Positions 46,594-57,198 of a DNA stretch of 64,000 bases are shown piece after piece. Source of the DNA: Clostridia bacterium (GTDB lineage: Bacteria > Bacillota > Clostridia > Oscillospirales > Acutalibacteraceae); the NCBI GenBank assembly GCA_017380615.1, contig JAFODQ010000041.1:3600-67599 (forward strand). Reading direction: 5' to 3'. The number at the start of each line of letters is the position of its first letter. Position 1 is the stretch's first letter. Position numbers and translations under genes: made by a program. The notes beneath the pieces were generated by a model. It made no database searches and had not been told where the DNA came from. It was given only the letters and a program-made list of their open reading frames with translations.

Positions 46594-48213
46594 GTGGAGA
46601 AAAAGACAACTGAACGCAAAAAAATAACCCAGGTAACAATTGAAGAAGCGAAAAAGCTTGTTAAACAGCGTCAGTCTGAAAATGAAGATGGTAAATTTCA
46701 TGTTTTTCGCAAGGATAAGGACCAACAGCGCAAGCTTTTCAGGGGCATTACAAAACGTTGGGCAACCAACACATTGCTTATCACAGCAATTATTCTTCTT
46801 GTGCTTGTTGTTGCATCTGTGATTTTTGTAGCACAGTATTATAGAAACTATGTTGTTTCATACCTTTCTGACCACGCCAATGAAACCGTTATAACCTTTT
46901 TCACCCCATACATTGATGGCAGTGAAGAGGTTTTTGAACAGAAAGCTAAGGAATTCACAGACAGCTTTTCTGATAAATCCCGTGTTGAGGTTCAGGTTGT
47001 TGACAGAAACGGTGCTGTTATTGTTTCCTCATCCGGATTTAAGAACAGCGAGAAACTCAGTGATATGGAGGATGTTCAGCTGGCACGAGAATCCTCAACG
47101 GGTACAAGCAAATGGTTTGGGTTTAATAAAAATGGTGAACACATTGTCAGTGTTGCTATGTCCCTTCCACAGCGCGCAGATGGTAGCTTTTCAGGTGCTG
47201 TGAGGTTTATTTCCTCAATGAAGGCAATAGACGGGCAGATTCTTACATTTTTGCTTATAATAATTATTGTGTATTTTGTTGCACTTTTCTTCGTTGCTCT
47301 TTCGGGTGTTTTCTTTGTTCAGACTATTGTTTCGCCTGTTCAGAAGATCAACGAAACTGCCAAGCTTATTGCCGAGGGAAATTACGATGTCCGTATTGAA
47401 ACCGATGGCAAGGGCGATGATGAAATCACTGAGCTTGCAAATTCAATCAACTCAATGATTAACGAAGTTGCAATGACAGACAAAATGAAAAATGACTTTA
47501 TCTCCACTGTGTCACACGAGCTTCGTACACCGCTTACAGCAATCAAGGGCTGGGGCGAAATGCTCAAGGAGCTTGATGGTGAGGACAGAGAGATTTCGCG
47601 AAGAGGTACAGAGGTTATCATCAATGAGTCAGAGCGTCTTGCACACCTTGTTGAAGAGCTTCTTGACTTTTCACGCATGCAGAATGGTAATATGACCCTT
47701 CGTCTTGAAAAAATAGACGTTCTTGCAGAGCTTGATGAAGCTGTGTTTGTTTTTAAAGAACGGTCCAAGCGTGATAATATTGATATTAAATACAATGCAC
47801 CTGAAATCCCTGCTCCAATGATGGGTGACCCTAACAGAATCAAGCAGGTTTTCGTGAATCTTCTTGATAATGCATTTAAGTACAACAAGCAGGGTGGCCT
47901 TGTGGATGTTGATGCAATAGTGGACGATGGTGTTTTAACAATAAACATTTCAGACACAGGCTGTGGAATCTCAGAAGAGGATTTGCCGAACATCAAAAAG
48001 AAATTCTATAAAGCAAATCTTCAGGTGAGGGGCTCAGGTATCGGTCTTGCTGTTGTTGATGAAATTGTAAAGCTTCACAACGGTGTGTTTGAGATAAACA
48101 GTGTGGTTGGTGTGGGAACAACCGTTTCAGTTGTTTTTCCCATAGAGCGTGTACAGGTTGAACAGCCTGCATCTCTTATTGAAGAAATGATGGTGAAGGA
48201 AAATAATGAGTAA
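46594..48213 (+). CDS. Sensor histidine kinase
   Basis: Two TM segments, a HAMP domain, H-box SHELRTPL, and N, G1 and G2 boxes. Confidence 0.88.
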   Translation: MEKKTTERKKITQVTIEEAKKLVKQRQSENEDGKFHVFRKDKDQQRKLFRGITKRWATNTLLITAIILLVLVVASVIFVAQYYRNYVVSYLSDHANETVITFFTPYIDGSEEVFEQKAKEFTDSFSDKSRVEVQVVDRNGAVIVSSSGFKNSEKLSDMEDVQLARESSTGTSKWFGFNKNGEHIVSVAMSLPQRADGSFSGAVRFISSMKAIDGQILTFLLIIIIVYFVALFFVALSGVFFVQTIVSPVQKINETAKLIAEGNYDVRIETDGKGDDEITELANSINSMINEVAMTDKMKNDFISTVSHELRTPLTAIKGWGEMLKELDGEDREISRRGTEVIINESERLAHLVEELLDFSRMQNGNMTLRLEKIDVLAELDEAVFVFKERSKRDNIDIKYNAPEIPAPMMGDPNRIKQVFVNLLDNAFKYNKQGGLVDVDAIVDDGVLTINISDTGCGISEEDLPNIKKKFYKANLQVRGSGIGLAVVDEIVKLHNGVFEINSVVGVGTTVSVVFPIERVQVEQPASLIEEMMVKENNE

Positions 48214-49207
48214 AAATAAAGATGTTGAGAAAATTTCTGTTGGTGGTCAGGCGCTTATTGAAGGCATTATGATGCAGGGCCCGAAGGGTGCTGCAATGTC
48301 AGTGCGTTTGCCTGATGGCGGAATTGATACAGAAAAGCTTGAGGTAAAGCACCTCAGAGATAAATTTAAGCCTGCAGGCTGGCCCATAATCCGTGGTGTG
48401 GTCAATATGATTGAAAGTCTGCTTTTTGGCTACAAGTGTATGGAGAAATCTGCACTCAAGGCCGGTATAGATGATGACACCGATCCTGAAAATATGTCCA
48501 AGCTTGATAAGTGGCTTTCTGATCACTTCGGACCCAAAATGATGGCTGTTATCACAGGTGTTGCAATGGTGCTTGGTGTCTTGCTTGCCTTCTTGCTTTT
48601 CACATATCTCCCCACAATTATTGTGGACGTGGTTGATAAATATCTTTTCAAAAATGTCCTCGCTAATTTCCACCCTTTGTTTGAGGGGCTTATGAGAATG
48701 GTTATTTTTGTAATTTATATCTGGCTTGTCGCCAAAATGCCTGATATAAAAAGAGTGTTTATGTATCACGGCGCAGAGCACAAATCAATTTTCTGTTACG
48801 AAGCAGGGCTTCCTCTTACTGTTGAAAATGTCAGAAAGCAAAAGCGCTTTCATCCGAGATGTGGCACAAGCTTTATCTTTGTGATTCTCATAATCAGCAT
48901 TCTTATATCATCAATTCTTGTTGTGGCCTTCCCCGGAATTGATTCAAACAGATTGGTGTGGATGGCTGTCAAGCTCCTTATTCTCCCCTTGACAGTAGGC
49001 ATCGGATATGAGTTTATCAAATATGCAGGCAAGCACGATAATATCCTTGTGCGTGTGCTTTCAGCTCCCGGCTTGTGGATGCAGAGAATCACAACACAGG
49101 AGCCTACGGATGATATTATCGAGGTTGGCATTGAGTCTATCAAGGCAGTGCTTTTTGATGAGTGCTGTGAGGATGAAAACAGTGTTAATCCGGAGGAAGA
49201 AAATTGA
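48206..49207 (+). CDS. DUF1385-domain membrane protein
   Basis: HGAEHK motif and the typical position upstream of prmC. Confidence 0.78.
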   Translation: MSKNKDVEKISVGGQALIEGIMMQGPKGAAMSVRLPDGGIDTEKLEVKHLRDKFKPAGWPIIRGVVNMIESLLFGYKCMEKSALKAGIDDDTDPENMSKLDKWLSDHFGPKMMAVITGVAMVLGVLLAFLLFTYLPTIIVDVVDKYLFKNVLANFHPLFEGLMRMVIFVIYIWLVAKMPDIKRVFMYHGAEHKSIFCYEAGLPLTVENVRKQKRFHPRCGTSFIFVILIISILISSILVVAFPGIDSNRLVWMAVKLLILPLTVGIGYEFIKYAGKHDNILVRVLSAPGLWMQRITTQEPTDDIIEVGIESIKAVLFDECCEDENSVNPEEEN

Positions 49208-50049
49208 GAAACCTCTATTCAGTTTACAGAGAAGCAATAAGGTCCCTCGGCGAAGCAGGGTGTGACAGCCCTGAGTTTGATGCGCAGCAGTTGGTTTCGT
49301 ATTGCTTTGGTTATAATAAAACCCAGCTTCTTATGAATTCCGGCTCTCCGGTGGATGAGGCAAAATATATCCATTTTGCCGATTGCATCAAAAGACGGTG
49401 TGCCCATGAGCCACTTCAGTACATTCTTGGAATGTGGGATTTTTACAAATATTCCTTTAAGGTTGGCAGAGGTGTGCTTATTCCTCGTCCTGAGACGGAG
49501 CTTCTTGTTGACTTTGCTGTTGAAAAAATCAATAAGAATGGCTATAAGGTAGTTTTCGATTTGTGTTGCGGTAGTGGCTGTATCGGACTTTCTGTTGCCA
49601 AGATGTGCCCTGACGTAAGGGTCTATTGCATTGACTTGTCGGATGATGCTCTTTATTACACAAGGCAGAATAAAGAGCTTCTTATGTGTGATAATGTAAC
49701 TGTCTTTAAAAGTGATGTTCTTGAGAGCACCGGTTTCCTCGGTCTGCCAAGACCTGATATGATTCTTTCCAATCCACCATATATACGCTCGGCAGAAATC
49801 CCCGGGCTGCAGGAAGAGGTGTCCCATGAGCCTGTTATGGCTCTTGATGGTGGGGCAGATGGACTTGTTTTTTACAGAAATCTTGCTGAGATGTGGTATC
49901 CCTACATAAACAGAGGTGGCTACATAGCTCTCGAGTGTGGCGAAGACCAGGCAGCGGATGTTCTTGCCCTTTTTCTCAATAAGGCAGATAAAGGCAGATT
50001 CCTTAAGGATATGCAGGGAATTGACCGTGTTGTAGTTGTCAAAAGATAA
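49204..50049 (+). CDS. prmC: Release factor glutamine N5-methyltransferase
   Basis: SAM motif DLCCGSG and the NPPY motif. Confidence 0.9.
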   Translation: MRNLYSVYREAIRSLGEAGCDSPEFDAQQLVSYCFGYNKTQLLMNSGSPVDEAKYIHFADCIKRRCAHEPLQYILGMWDFYKYSFKVGRGVLIPRPETELLVDFAVEKINKNGYKVVFDLCCGSGCIGLSVAKMCPDVRVYCIDLSDDALYYTRQNKELLMCDNVTVFKSDVLESTGFLGLPRPDMILSNPPYIRSAEIPGLQEEVSHEPVMALDGGADGLVFYRNLAEMWYPYINRGGYIALECGEDQAADVLALFLNKADKGRFLKDMQGIDRVVVVKR

Positions 50050-50064
50050 AACGAGGTGTAATAC

Positions 50065-50748
50065 TTGATTAGTGATTTAATTAGCGTTATAAGGGGCGAT
50101 ATGACGCCTTTGGCATTTTTTATTCAGCTTGGTGCAATTGTTTTTGTTGTTTTTTGTGCAACTCCCATTCATGAATATGCCCACGCACTTATAGCAACAA
50201 AGCTCGGTGATGAAACACCACGGGCAATGGGTAGATTAACAATACGTCCTTTGGCACACATTGATCCGATAGGCGCTCTTATGATCTTCCTGTTCGGCTT
50301 CGGCTATGCAAAGCCTGTTCAGGTAAGAATGGCTCGCTTTAAGAATCCGAAACGCGATATGGCACTTGTGGCACTTGCAGGACCCGTAAGCAACCTTTTG
50401 CAGGCCTTCGTTTGCTCATTTGTTTGCTCGGCTTGTTATTTTGGGGCAATGAAGTTAGAAAATATGGCTTTGCTGTATATAAGCGATTTTTTCCTCTTTG
50501 CAGCGATAATTAACATAAATCTTGCTGTTTTTAATTTCCTTCCCATCCCACCGCTTGATGGCTCAAGGCTTGTGACAGCACTTCTTCCTGCAAGGATTTA
50601 TTATAAAATAATGCAGTACGAAAGATATATTCAGATTGCTTTGTTTGTGCTGCTGTTTACAGGTGTTTTAAGCAAACCACTTTCAATCGTTTCAGGTTTT
50701 CTGGTCGAAGCATTTGTAAAAATAACTTCTTTGCCATTCGGTTTATAA
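50065..50748 (+). CDS. Site-2 protease family membrane metalloprotease
   Basis: HEYAHAL (HExxH) and a downstream LPIPPLDG motif within TM segments. Confidence 0.75.
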   Translation: MISDLISVIRGDMTPLAFFIQLGAIVFVVFCATPIHEYAHALIATKLGDETPRAMGRLTIRPLAHIDPIGALMIFLFGFGYAKPVQVRMARFKNPKRDMALVALAGPVSNLLQAFVCSFVCSACYFGAMKLENMALLYISDFFLFAAIININLAVFNFLPIPPLDGSRLVTALLPARIYYKIMQYERYIQIALFVLLFTGVLSKPLSIVSGFLVEAFVKITSLPFGL

Positions 50749-50767
50749 TAATTTTTTAAGGTGAAAT

Positions 50768-51487
50768 ATGGAACCAATATCTTATAAGCTTGAGGTGTTT
50801 GAGGGTCCGATGGACTTGCTCCTCCACCTCATAACAAAACACAAAATTGATATATACGATATTCCTATTCTTGAGCTTGTGGAGCAATATGTTTCCTATG
50901 TTCGTGAGATGCAGGAGGAGAATATGGATGTTGCCAGTGAGTTCCTTGAAATGGCAGCCCGTCTTGTGTATATAAAAACAGTTTCTCTTCTTCCTGTTTA
51001 TGAAGAGGCTGAGCAGCTTAAAAACGAGCTTCGTGATGAGTTGCTTGAATATCGTGATTGCAAAATTCTTGCCGGTAAGCTTTCTCAGATGACGGACGGC
51101 TTCAATTATTCTGTAAGAGAATACGCTGAGGATGTTGAGCCTGATATGTCATATAAGAGATTGCACGAGCCTGATGAGCTTCTGTCGGCATACTCTCTTG
51201 CGGCGGGCAAAAAGCTGAGAAGACTTCCGCCACCGATTGAGACATTTAAGGCAATCGTAACACGGAAGATTGTTTCTGTTGGTTCAAAGATTGAATCTAT
51301 TGTCACATCTCTTAAAAAGGGGCGTAAAACAAAGCTCTTTGATATTTACAGACAATCAAAATCACGCTCAGATTTAATCGCTGCCTTTCTTGCAGTGCTT
51401 GAGCTCGCCAAGAACAAAACAATCTTTGTTTCAGGTGATGGTGAGGAAACACAAATTGAGCTTTTGGAAGGAAATGAGAACTCTTGA
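50768..51487 (+). CDS. scpA: Segregation and condensation protein A
   Basis: FEGPMDLLLHLI N-terminus; overlaps scpB. Confidence 0.88.
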   Translation: MEPISYKLEVFEGPMDLLLHLITKHKIDIYDIPILELVEQYVSYVREMQEENMDVASEFLEMAARLVYIKTVSLLPVYEEAEQLKNELRDELLEYRDCKILAGKLSQMTDGFNYSVREYAEDVEPDMSYKRLHEPDELLSAYSLAAGKKLRRLPPPIETFKAIVTRKIVSVGSKIESIVTSLKKGRKTKLFDIYRQSKSRSDLIAAFLAVLELAKNKTIFVSGDGEETQIELLEGNENS

Positions 51488-52086
51488 TTAACGAAAAACA
51501 AATAGCAATGGTTGAGGCTGTGCTTTTTGCAGCAGCAGAGCCACTTGAATACACAAAGCTTGCAGCTGTACTTGGAATGGATGATGAACAGATTCTCCTT
51601 GTAATGGATGCACTTAATGAAAAATATAACAGTGAGGCAAGTGGTATCTGCCTTCTTCAGCTTGATAAGAAATATCAGCTTTGCAGCAAGAAAGAGTACA
51701 TAGAGGCAGTAAGAAGTGTGCTTGATTTAAAGCGCAATTCTCCGCTTTCTCAAGCGGCCTTTGAGGTTCTTGCCATAATTGCATATAATCAACCCATAAC
51801 AAAGCCATATATTGAACAGATTCGTGGCGTCGATTGTTCGGGTGTTGTGAACACACTGTGTCAGCGAGGTCTTGTTGAAGAAAAGGGCAGACTTGAGGTT
51901 CCGGGAAGACCTGTGCTATACGGAACGACCTCTGATTTTCTAAGATGCTTCTCTCTGAAGAGTCTTGATGACCTTCCGGCGCTTCCTGAGGGTGATAAGG
52001 AAATTCTTATGTCTGATATAGATAATGGTCAGCTTTCTTTGTTTGATGAGGGTGAAGCAGAGGAAAAAGAGGAAACACAGGAATAA
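51484..52086 (+). CDS. scpB: Segregation and condensation protein B
   Basis: EAVLFAAAEPL N-terminus and the GRPxLYGTT motif. Confidence 0.88.
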   Translation: MINEKQIAMVEAVLFAAAEPLEYTKLAAVLGMDDEQILLVMDALNEKYNSEASGICLLQLDKKYQLCSKKEYIEAVRSVLDLKRNSPLSQAAFEVLAIIAYNQPITKPYIEQIRGVDCSGVVNTLCQRGLVEEKGRLEVPGRPVLYGTTSDFLRCFSLKSLDDLPALPEGDKEILMSDIDNGQLSLFDEGEAEEKEETQE

Positions 52087-52116
52087 TCAATAAGGTGAAG
52101 GGCAAGAGGTGATAAG

Positions 52117-52884
52117 GTGCCTGCTTTGTATATAATCCTCGGCATAATATTGTTGATTGTGGTGCTTATGTCATTGCATCTTACAGTGATTATTGACTAT
52201 GCTGAGAAAACAGTTGTAACAATAAAATATCTATTTTTAAGCTTTCATGTTGTTGATACATCAAAGCCCCCAAAAGAAAAAAAGCCCAAGAAGGAAAAAC
52301 CGAAGAAGGAGGAGCCTCAGCCTGAAGAAGAGCAGAAGGCAGATGATAAGCCTGAAACAAAGGGTAACAGCCTTCTCAAGCAGATTTATCTTGACCACGG
52401 CTATGATGGTATCGTGCGGATGCTCAATGCGGTCAGGAATTCTTTAGGTGGTTTTTTCGGAAAGCTTTATAAGACAGTAATCATTGATGAAATGTATCTC
52501 ACAATGATTACAGCAGGTGGCGATGCAGCAGACACTGCAATCAAGCACGGAAAGCTTTGTGCATGGGCATATCCTATTTTAGGTAAGCTTGTTTCCACCT
52601 GCAAGGTGAAAAAATATGATTTTGATTTTAGCCCTGACTTTCTTGCAGCAAAGTCAACAGCTTCAGCCTATGTAAGGCTTCATATAACACCGATTCATGT
52701 CACAAATGCTGCTGTTGTTCTTGCCTTGCAGCTGGTATTTAAGGTGTTATTTAAAATATTGTTCTCTAAAAAGAAAAGCGATAAAAGTAAGGTTATTATT
52801 TCTGCAGTTGAGGAAAATGCTGAGACTGCAGATGAAAATAAAAATAATATAACAAATATAAATAAGGATGGTGCTTCAAAATGA
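52117..52884 (+). CDS. DUF2953-like (YtfI-like) sporulation-associated membrane protein
   Basis: N-terminal TM segment, a Lys/Glu/Pro-rich linker, and a position directly upstream of and overlapping ytfJ. Confidence 0.5.
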   Translation: MPALYIILGIILLIVVLMSLHLTVIIDYAEKTVVTIKYLFLSFHVVDTSKPPKEKKPKKEKPKKEEPQPEEEQKADDKPETKGNSLLKQIYLDHGYDGIVRMLNAVRNSLGGFFGKLYKTVIIDEMYLTMITAGGDAADTAIKHGKLCAWAYPILGKLVSTCKVKKYDFDFSPDFLAAKSTASAYVRLHITPIHVTNAAVVLALQLVFKVLFKILFSKKKSDKSKVIISAVEENAETADENKNNITNINKDGASK

Positions 52885-53273
52885 GCGAAAAAACAGCAAG
52901 TGGTATTCTCAGAACCACAATCGAAAAGGTAAGAGATTTGGTTGATGTCAGCACAATTATCGGCGAGCCAATCAATCTTCCTGATGGCTTGACAATCATC
53001 CCTGTTTCAAAGGTTACATACGGCTTTGCATCAGGTGGATCAGATTTCCCATCAAAGAACAATGTTGAGCTTTTTGGTGGTGCAGGTGGTGCAGGTATCA
53101 CAATCAATCCCGTTGCATTTCTCGTTATCAAAGATGGTGAGGTTACAATCAAGCATATTGTATCAGGTGACAATGCAGTTGAAAGAGCAGTCAGCCTTGT
53201 TCCTGAAATGTTTGATAAGGTAACAAATCTCGCAAAGAAGAAAGATAAAGCAGAAGAAACAGCTGCTGAATAA
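52881..53273 (+). CDS. ytfJ: Sporulation protein YtfJ / GerW family
   Basis: Motifs IIGEPI..PDG..IIPVSKV..GF..GG and GGAGGAG...PVAFLVI. Confidence 0.85.
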   Translation: MSEKTASGILRTTIEKVRDLVDVSTIIGEPINLPDGLTIIPVSKVTYGFASGGSDFPSKNNVELFGGAGGAGITINPVAFLVIKDGEVTIKHIVSGDNAVERAVSLVPEMFDKVTNLAKKKDKAEETAAE

Positions 53274-53312
53274 TTACAGATAGAACACCTGCATATATTA
53301 GTGTGAAAGCAG

Positions 53313-54416
53313 GTGGTGAATTTGTTTAAAAGATTTTGTGTGCTCCTCGTTGCCGTGGCGTTACTGCATAGCACACTCGTGGTTGAGTCATGTGCTGCAG
53401 ATATGCAGCTGTCAGCACATTCTGCTGTTGTAATGATAGCAGCCACAGGTGAGGTGGTGTTCGAAAAGGATGCACATACCAGAAGAGGTATGGCAAGCAC
53501 CACTAAGATAATGACCTCGATTGTTGCTCTTGAAAATGTAACACTAAAGGATTGTGTCACTGTCAAAGCTGAACATGTTGCTGTTGAAGGCACATCCATG
53601 GGTCTGAGGGCAGGGGATAAGGTAACTGTTGATGATCTTCTCAAGGGGATGCTTCTTGCAAGTGGCAATGATGCTGCAAATGTGACAGCCACTTTTGTCT
53701 CGGGGAGTATTGAGAGCTTCTCCTTGCTTATGAACAGCAAGGCGAAGGAGCTGGGGATGAATAACACATCCTTCAGGAACCCTTCCGGTCTTACTGAGGA
53801 TGGTCACTATTCAACAGCCTACGATATGGCATTGCTGGGGAGCTATGCCATAAAAAATAAAGTGTTTAGGGAAATTTGCTCCACCTTGAAAACTACGGTT
53901 TCAATAGGTGAACCAATACGCGAAACCACACTTTATAATCACAATAAGCTTTTAAGCAAATATGATGGGGCAATAGGTATCAAAACCGGCTTCACCAAGG
54001 CAGCAGGCAGATGTCTTGTCACTGCCGTTGAAAGAGATGGCGTGATGCTTGTTGCTGTAACACTCAATGCGTACGATGATTGGAATGACCACATAAAACT
54101 CTATGACTATGCTTTCAGCAAAGTGCAAACAGTCACTGAAGAAATATCCTTAACTGATATTAGTGTACCTGTCTGCAATTCTTCTGAAGGTGTAGTGAGG
54201 GTTTCCTCATTGAGACCCGTGATTGTTCCGTATGTTAACAAAAAACCTCAATATACCGTTAAAATCTTTGTTCCCCACTTTGTTTATGCACCGGTTAGAA
54301 AGGGTGACCTTTTGGGTTGGGTGGAGATATACGCGCAGAATGGGAGTTTCATAAGCAAGGAGTATATCGTTTCAGCAGAAAAGATAAATCCTTTGCAGAT
54401 TTCGGGTTGTGGTTAA
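53313..54416 (+). CDS. D-alanyl-D-alanine carboxypeptidase (S11 serine peptidase)
   Basis: SxxK (ASTTK), SGN and KTG motifs, plus a signal peptide. Confidence 0.85.
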   Translation: MVNLFKRFCVLLVAVALLHSTLVVESCAADMQLSAHSAVVMIAATGEVVFEKDAHTRRGMASTTKIMTSIVALENVTLKDCVTVKAEHVAVEGTSMGLRAGDKVTVDDLLKGMLLASGNDAANVTATFVSGSIESFSLLMNSKAKELGMNNTSFRNPSGLTEDGHYSTAYDMALLGSYAIKNKVFREICSTLKTTVSIGEPIRETTLYNHNKLLSKYDGAIGIKTGFTKAAGRCLVTAVERDGVMLVAVTLNAYDDWNDHIKLYDYAFSKVQTVTEEISLTDISVPVCNSSEGVVRVSSLRPVIVPYVNKKPQYTVKIFVPHFVYAPVRKGDLLGWVEIYAQNGSFISKEYIVSAEKINPLQISGCG

Positions 54417-54464
54417 AATATTAAAAATATAGAAAAGGGACCGTCGCTGAGACGGGCGTGAATT

Positions 54465-55184
54465 ATGGCTAAAGAAAGATTACAGAAATTTTTATCAGAG
54501 TGCTCTGTTGCTTCAAGAAGAAAATCAGAAGAGCTTATCAGAGAAGGCAAGGTTAAGGTTAATGGCAAAATTGCACAGATAGGTGACAAGGTTGACCCTA
54601 AAAAGGATACTGTTACTGTCAGTGGCAAAAAGGTTACAGCTGTCAAACAGAAATATTATGTAATGCTCAATAAGCCCAGAGGCTATGTTACCACCATGAG
54701 TGACGAGCTGGGCAGAAAGTGTGTTGCAGAGCTTGTTCAGGATGTTGGTGCTCAGGTTTATCCCGTGGGCAGATTGGATAAGGATTCAGAGGGAATGCTC
54801 CTTCTCACCAATGATGGTGAATTTGCTAATGCGGTTATGCATCCGAGAAAGCACATTCCAAAAACCTACAGGGTTACGGTTCGTTCAAGCATAAACGATG
54901 AGCAGATTGCAAAGCTCGAGGGCGGAATTGATATTGAAAACGATGGCAGAGATACACTTCCTGCATCTGTGCATGTAATTGAGAAGAGCGCAGAGAGAAG
55001 TGTTTTCGAAATTACCATTTATGAGGGCAGAAACCGTCAGATAAGAAAGATGTGCGAGCAGGTAAGCCTTGAGGTTATCAGACTCAAGAGAAATTCCATA
55101 GGCTCCGTTAAGCTCGGTATGCTTAAGGTGGGCAAGTGGCGTGAGCTCACAGAAGACGAGGTACATCGTCTTCAGGTACAGTAA
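54465..55184 (+). CDS. rluB: Pseudouridine synthase, RluB/RsuA family
   Basis: S4 domain N-terminus and catalytic GRLDKDSEG. Confidence 0.88.
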   Translation: MAKERLQKFLSECSVASRRKSEELIREGKVKVNGKIAQIGDKVDPKKDTVTVSGKKVTAVKQKYYVMLNKPRGYVTTMSDELGRKCVAELVQDVGAQVYPVGRLDKDSEGMLLLTNDGEFANAVMHPRKHIPKTYRVTVRSSINDEQIAKLEGGIDIENDGRDTLPASVHVIEKSAERSVFEITIYEGRNRQIRKMCEQVSLEVIRLKRNSIGSVKLGMLKVGKWRELTEDEVHRLQVQ

Positions 55185-55215
55185 TATAGTAAAATAATAT
55201 ATAAGGAAAATTATT

Positions 55216-56094
55216 ATGGTAAAAAGTATGACAGGCTTCGGCAGAGCACAGGCTTCTGTTGAGGGCTATAACATAACGGTTGAAATCCGTAGTGTAAACC
55301 ACAGATATTTTGAGCTTTATACAAAGCTTCCAAGAACATATTCCTTCCTTGAAGAGAAAATCAAATCTCTTCTTTCCACACAGATTGCCCGTGGTAAGGT
55401 GGAGTGCTCACTTCAGCTGGAAGCAACAGCAGACGAAAGCGTTGTTGTTGCTGTGAATGAGCCTCTTGCAGCCGGCTATGTTCAGGCAATTAAGGAGATA
55501 TCCGAAAAATTCAATTTGTCGGAGGATGTTTCAGCTTTGTCAATTGCCAGATTTTCAGATGTTTTGTCAATCTCCAAGGCACCTGTTGATGAGGACGAGC
55601 TCTGGGCAAAGGTTTCTCCTGTTATAAGCGCAGCTCTTGAGGATTTTGTTTCAATGCGTCAGGTTGAGGGTGAAAAGCTTTCAAAGGATGTTCTTTCACG
55701 AGCAGATATCATTATCAACAACGTTTCGTATATAGAAGAGCGTTCACCTGAGACTGTAAAGCAGTATTCAGAAAAGCTTCTTGAAAGAATGAAGACAGTG
55801 CTCGGTGACACACAGATTGATGAGGCACGAATTCTCACAGAGGCAGCCGTTTATGCAGATAAGGTTGCTGTTGCAGAGGAAACAGTAAGACTCAGAAGCC
55901 ACATTGATCAGCTTCATCAGCTTCTTGCTTCCGATGAGGCTGTGGGCAGAAAGCTTGATTTCCTTGTGCAGGAAATCAACCGTGAAGCCAACACAATAGG
56001 CTCGAAGGCTCAGGATGTTGATATTGCTCGCAGAGTGATTGACATCAAGGCAGAGGTTGAGAAAATCAGAGAGCAAATTCAGAATATAGAGTGA
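55216..56094 (+). CDS. YicC/YloC-family endoribonuclease
   Basis: SMTGFGRA N-terminus and the C-terminal DUF1732 pattern EINREANT. Confidence 0.85.
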   Translation: MVKSMTGFGRAQASVEGYNITVEIRSVNHRYFELYTKLPRTYSFLEEKIKSLLSTQIARGKVECSLQLEATADESVVVAVNEPLAAGYVQAIKEISEKFNLSEDVSALSIARFSDVLSISKAPVDEDELWAKVSPVISAALEDFVSMRQVEGEKLSKDVLSRADIIINNVSYIEERSPETVKQYSEKLLERMKTVLGDTQIDEARILTEAAVYADKVAVAEETVRLRSHIDQLHQLLASDEAVGRKLDFLVQEINREANTIGSKAQDVDIARRVIDIKAEVEKIREQIQNIE

Positions 56095-56098
56095 TAAT

Positions 56099-56365
56099 AT
56101 GAAGCTAGTTAATATCGGTTTTGGTAACCTTATAAATGCCGACAGAGTGGTTGCTGTAATCAGCCCTGATTCTGCACCTGCAAAGCGAATGATTCAGGAA
56201 TGTCGTGAAAGAGCACAGCTCATTGATGCAACCCATGGCAGAAAAACAAAAACTGTTATTATCACAGATAGTGATAATGTTGTGCTGTCCTTTTTGACAG
56301 CTGAGCAGCTTTTACAGCGTTTCAATGCAGAAAAAGGAGGTCAGGAATTTGGGTTTGGGGAATAA
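56099..56365 (+). CDS. remA: RemA (DUF370) family regulator
   Basis: The NIGFGN...R...I motif typical of RemA, and the conserved yicC-remA-gmk order. Confidence 0.85.
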   Translation: MKLVNIGFGNLINADRVVAVISPDSAPAKRMIQECRERAQLIDATHGRKTKTVIITDSDNVVLSFLTAEQLLQRFNAEKGGQEFGFGE

Positions 56366-56954
56366 AGGCCTTTTGATTGTGCTTTCCGGTCCGGCAGGGG
56401 CAGGTAAGGATGCAGTTTTAGGTGAATTGAGAAAGAGAGAGCTTGGCATAAAACAGTCCATTTCAATGACAACACGCGCAATGCGTGTGGGTGAGGTGGA
56501 TGGTGTGGATTATTTCTTCACCGATGCTCAAACCTTTGAAAAATACATAGAGGAAGATTATTTCCTTGAATATGTTAAATACAACAACAATTATTATGGT
56601 ACACCTAAAAGGAAAATTCAGGAAATGCTCGAAGAGGGCGTTGATGTTTTTCTTAAAATCGAGGTTGAGGGCGCAGGCAATGTAAGAAAAACATTTCCTG
56701 AAGCAATTTCAATCTTTATTGTACCTCCTTCAATCGATGTTCTTAAGGAGCGTCTCAGGGGCAGAGGAACGGAGGACGAGGAATCCTTCAATAACCGTAT
56801 TGCCATCGCCAGAGATGAGCTTTCAAGAGCTAAAGAATACAACTATGTTGTTATTAATGATGAGCTTTCTGCTTGTGCAGATGATGTTTGTGCAATAATA
56901 AGTGCAGAGCATTCACGCTACGAGAAAATGGAAGCCTTCTTAAATAATATGTAA
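56349..56954 (+). CDS. gmk: Guanylate kinase
   Basis: P-loop GPAGAGK. TTG start 9 nt after GGAGG overlaps the remA 3' end. Confidence 0.9.
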   Translation: MGLGNKGLLIVLSGPAGAGKDAVLGELRKRELGIKQSISMTTRAMRVGEVDGVDYFFTDAQTFEKYIEEDYFLEYVKYNNNYYGTPKRKIQEMLEEGVDVFLKIEVEGAGNVRKTFPEAISIFIVPPSIDVLKERLRGRGTEDEESFNNRIAIARDELSRAKEYNYVVINDELSACADDVCAIISAEHSRYEKMEAFLNNM

Positions 56955-56986
56955 TTTATAAATAAGCAAAGAAAGGATAAACTATT

Positions 56987-57196
56987 ATGCTTAATCAGGA
57001 TTTATCAAAAGTACTCAAAGGACACATCAGCCGTTATTCTCTTGTAACTGCAACAGCTAAAAGAGCTCGTGCAATTGCAGATAAGAATCTTGAGGATAAC
57101 ATCATCTCAATAGAAAAGCCTGTAAGTGTTGCACTTAACGAGTTTTTGAACGAAGACTACAAGATTATTGAACCGGACGAAATCGCAAATATCTGA
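56987..57196 (+). CDS. rpoZ: DNA-directed RNA polymerase subunit omega
   Basis: 69 aa with the SRYSLVTATAKRAR motif. Confidence 0.85.
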   Translation: MLNQDLSKVLKGHISRYSLVTATAKRARAIADKNLEDNIISIEKPVSVALNEFLNEDYKIIEPDEIANI

Positions 57197-57198
57197 TT

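Noticed and set aside
52796-53767. 323-aa ORF antisense to ytfJ and the D-Ala-D-Ala carboxypeptidase gene.
   Set aside because: It has the Ser/Thr/Ala/Leu-rich low-complexity composition typical of the antisense frame of biased coding sequence. It has no RBS, and both sense genes carry clear family motifs.
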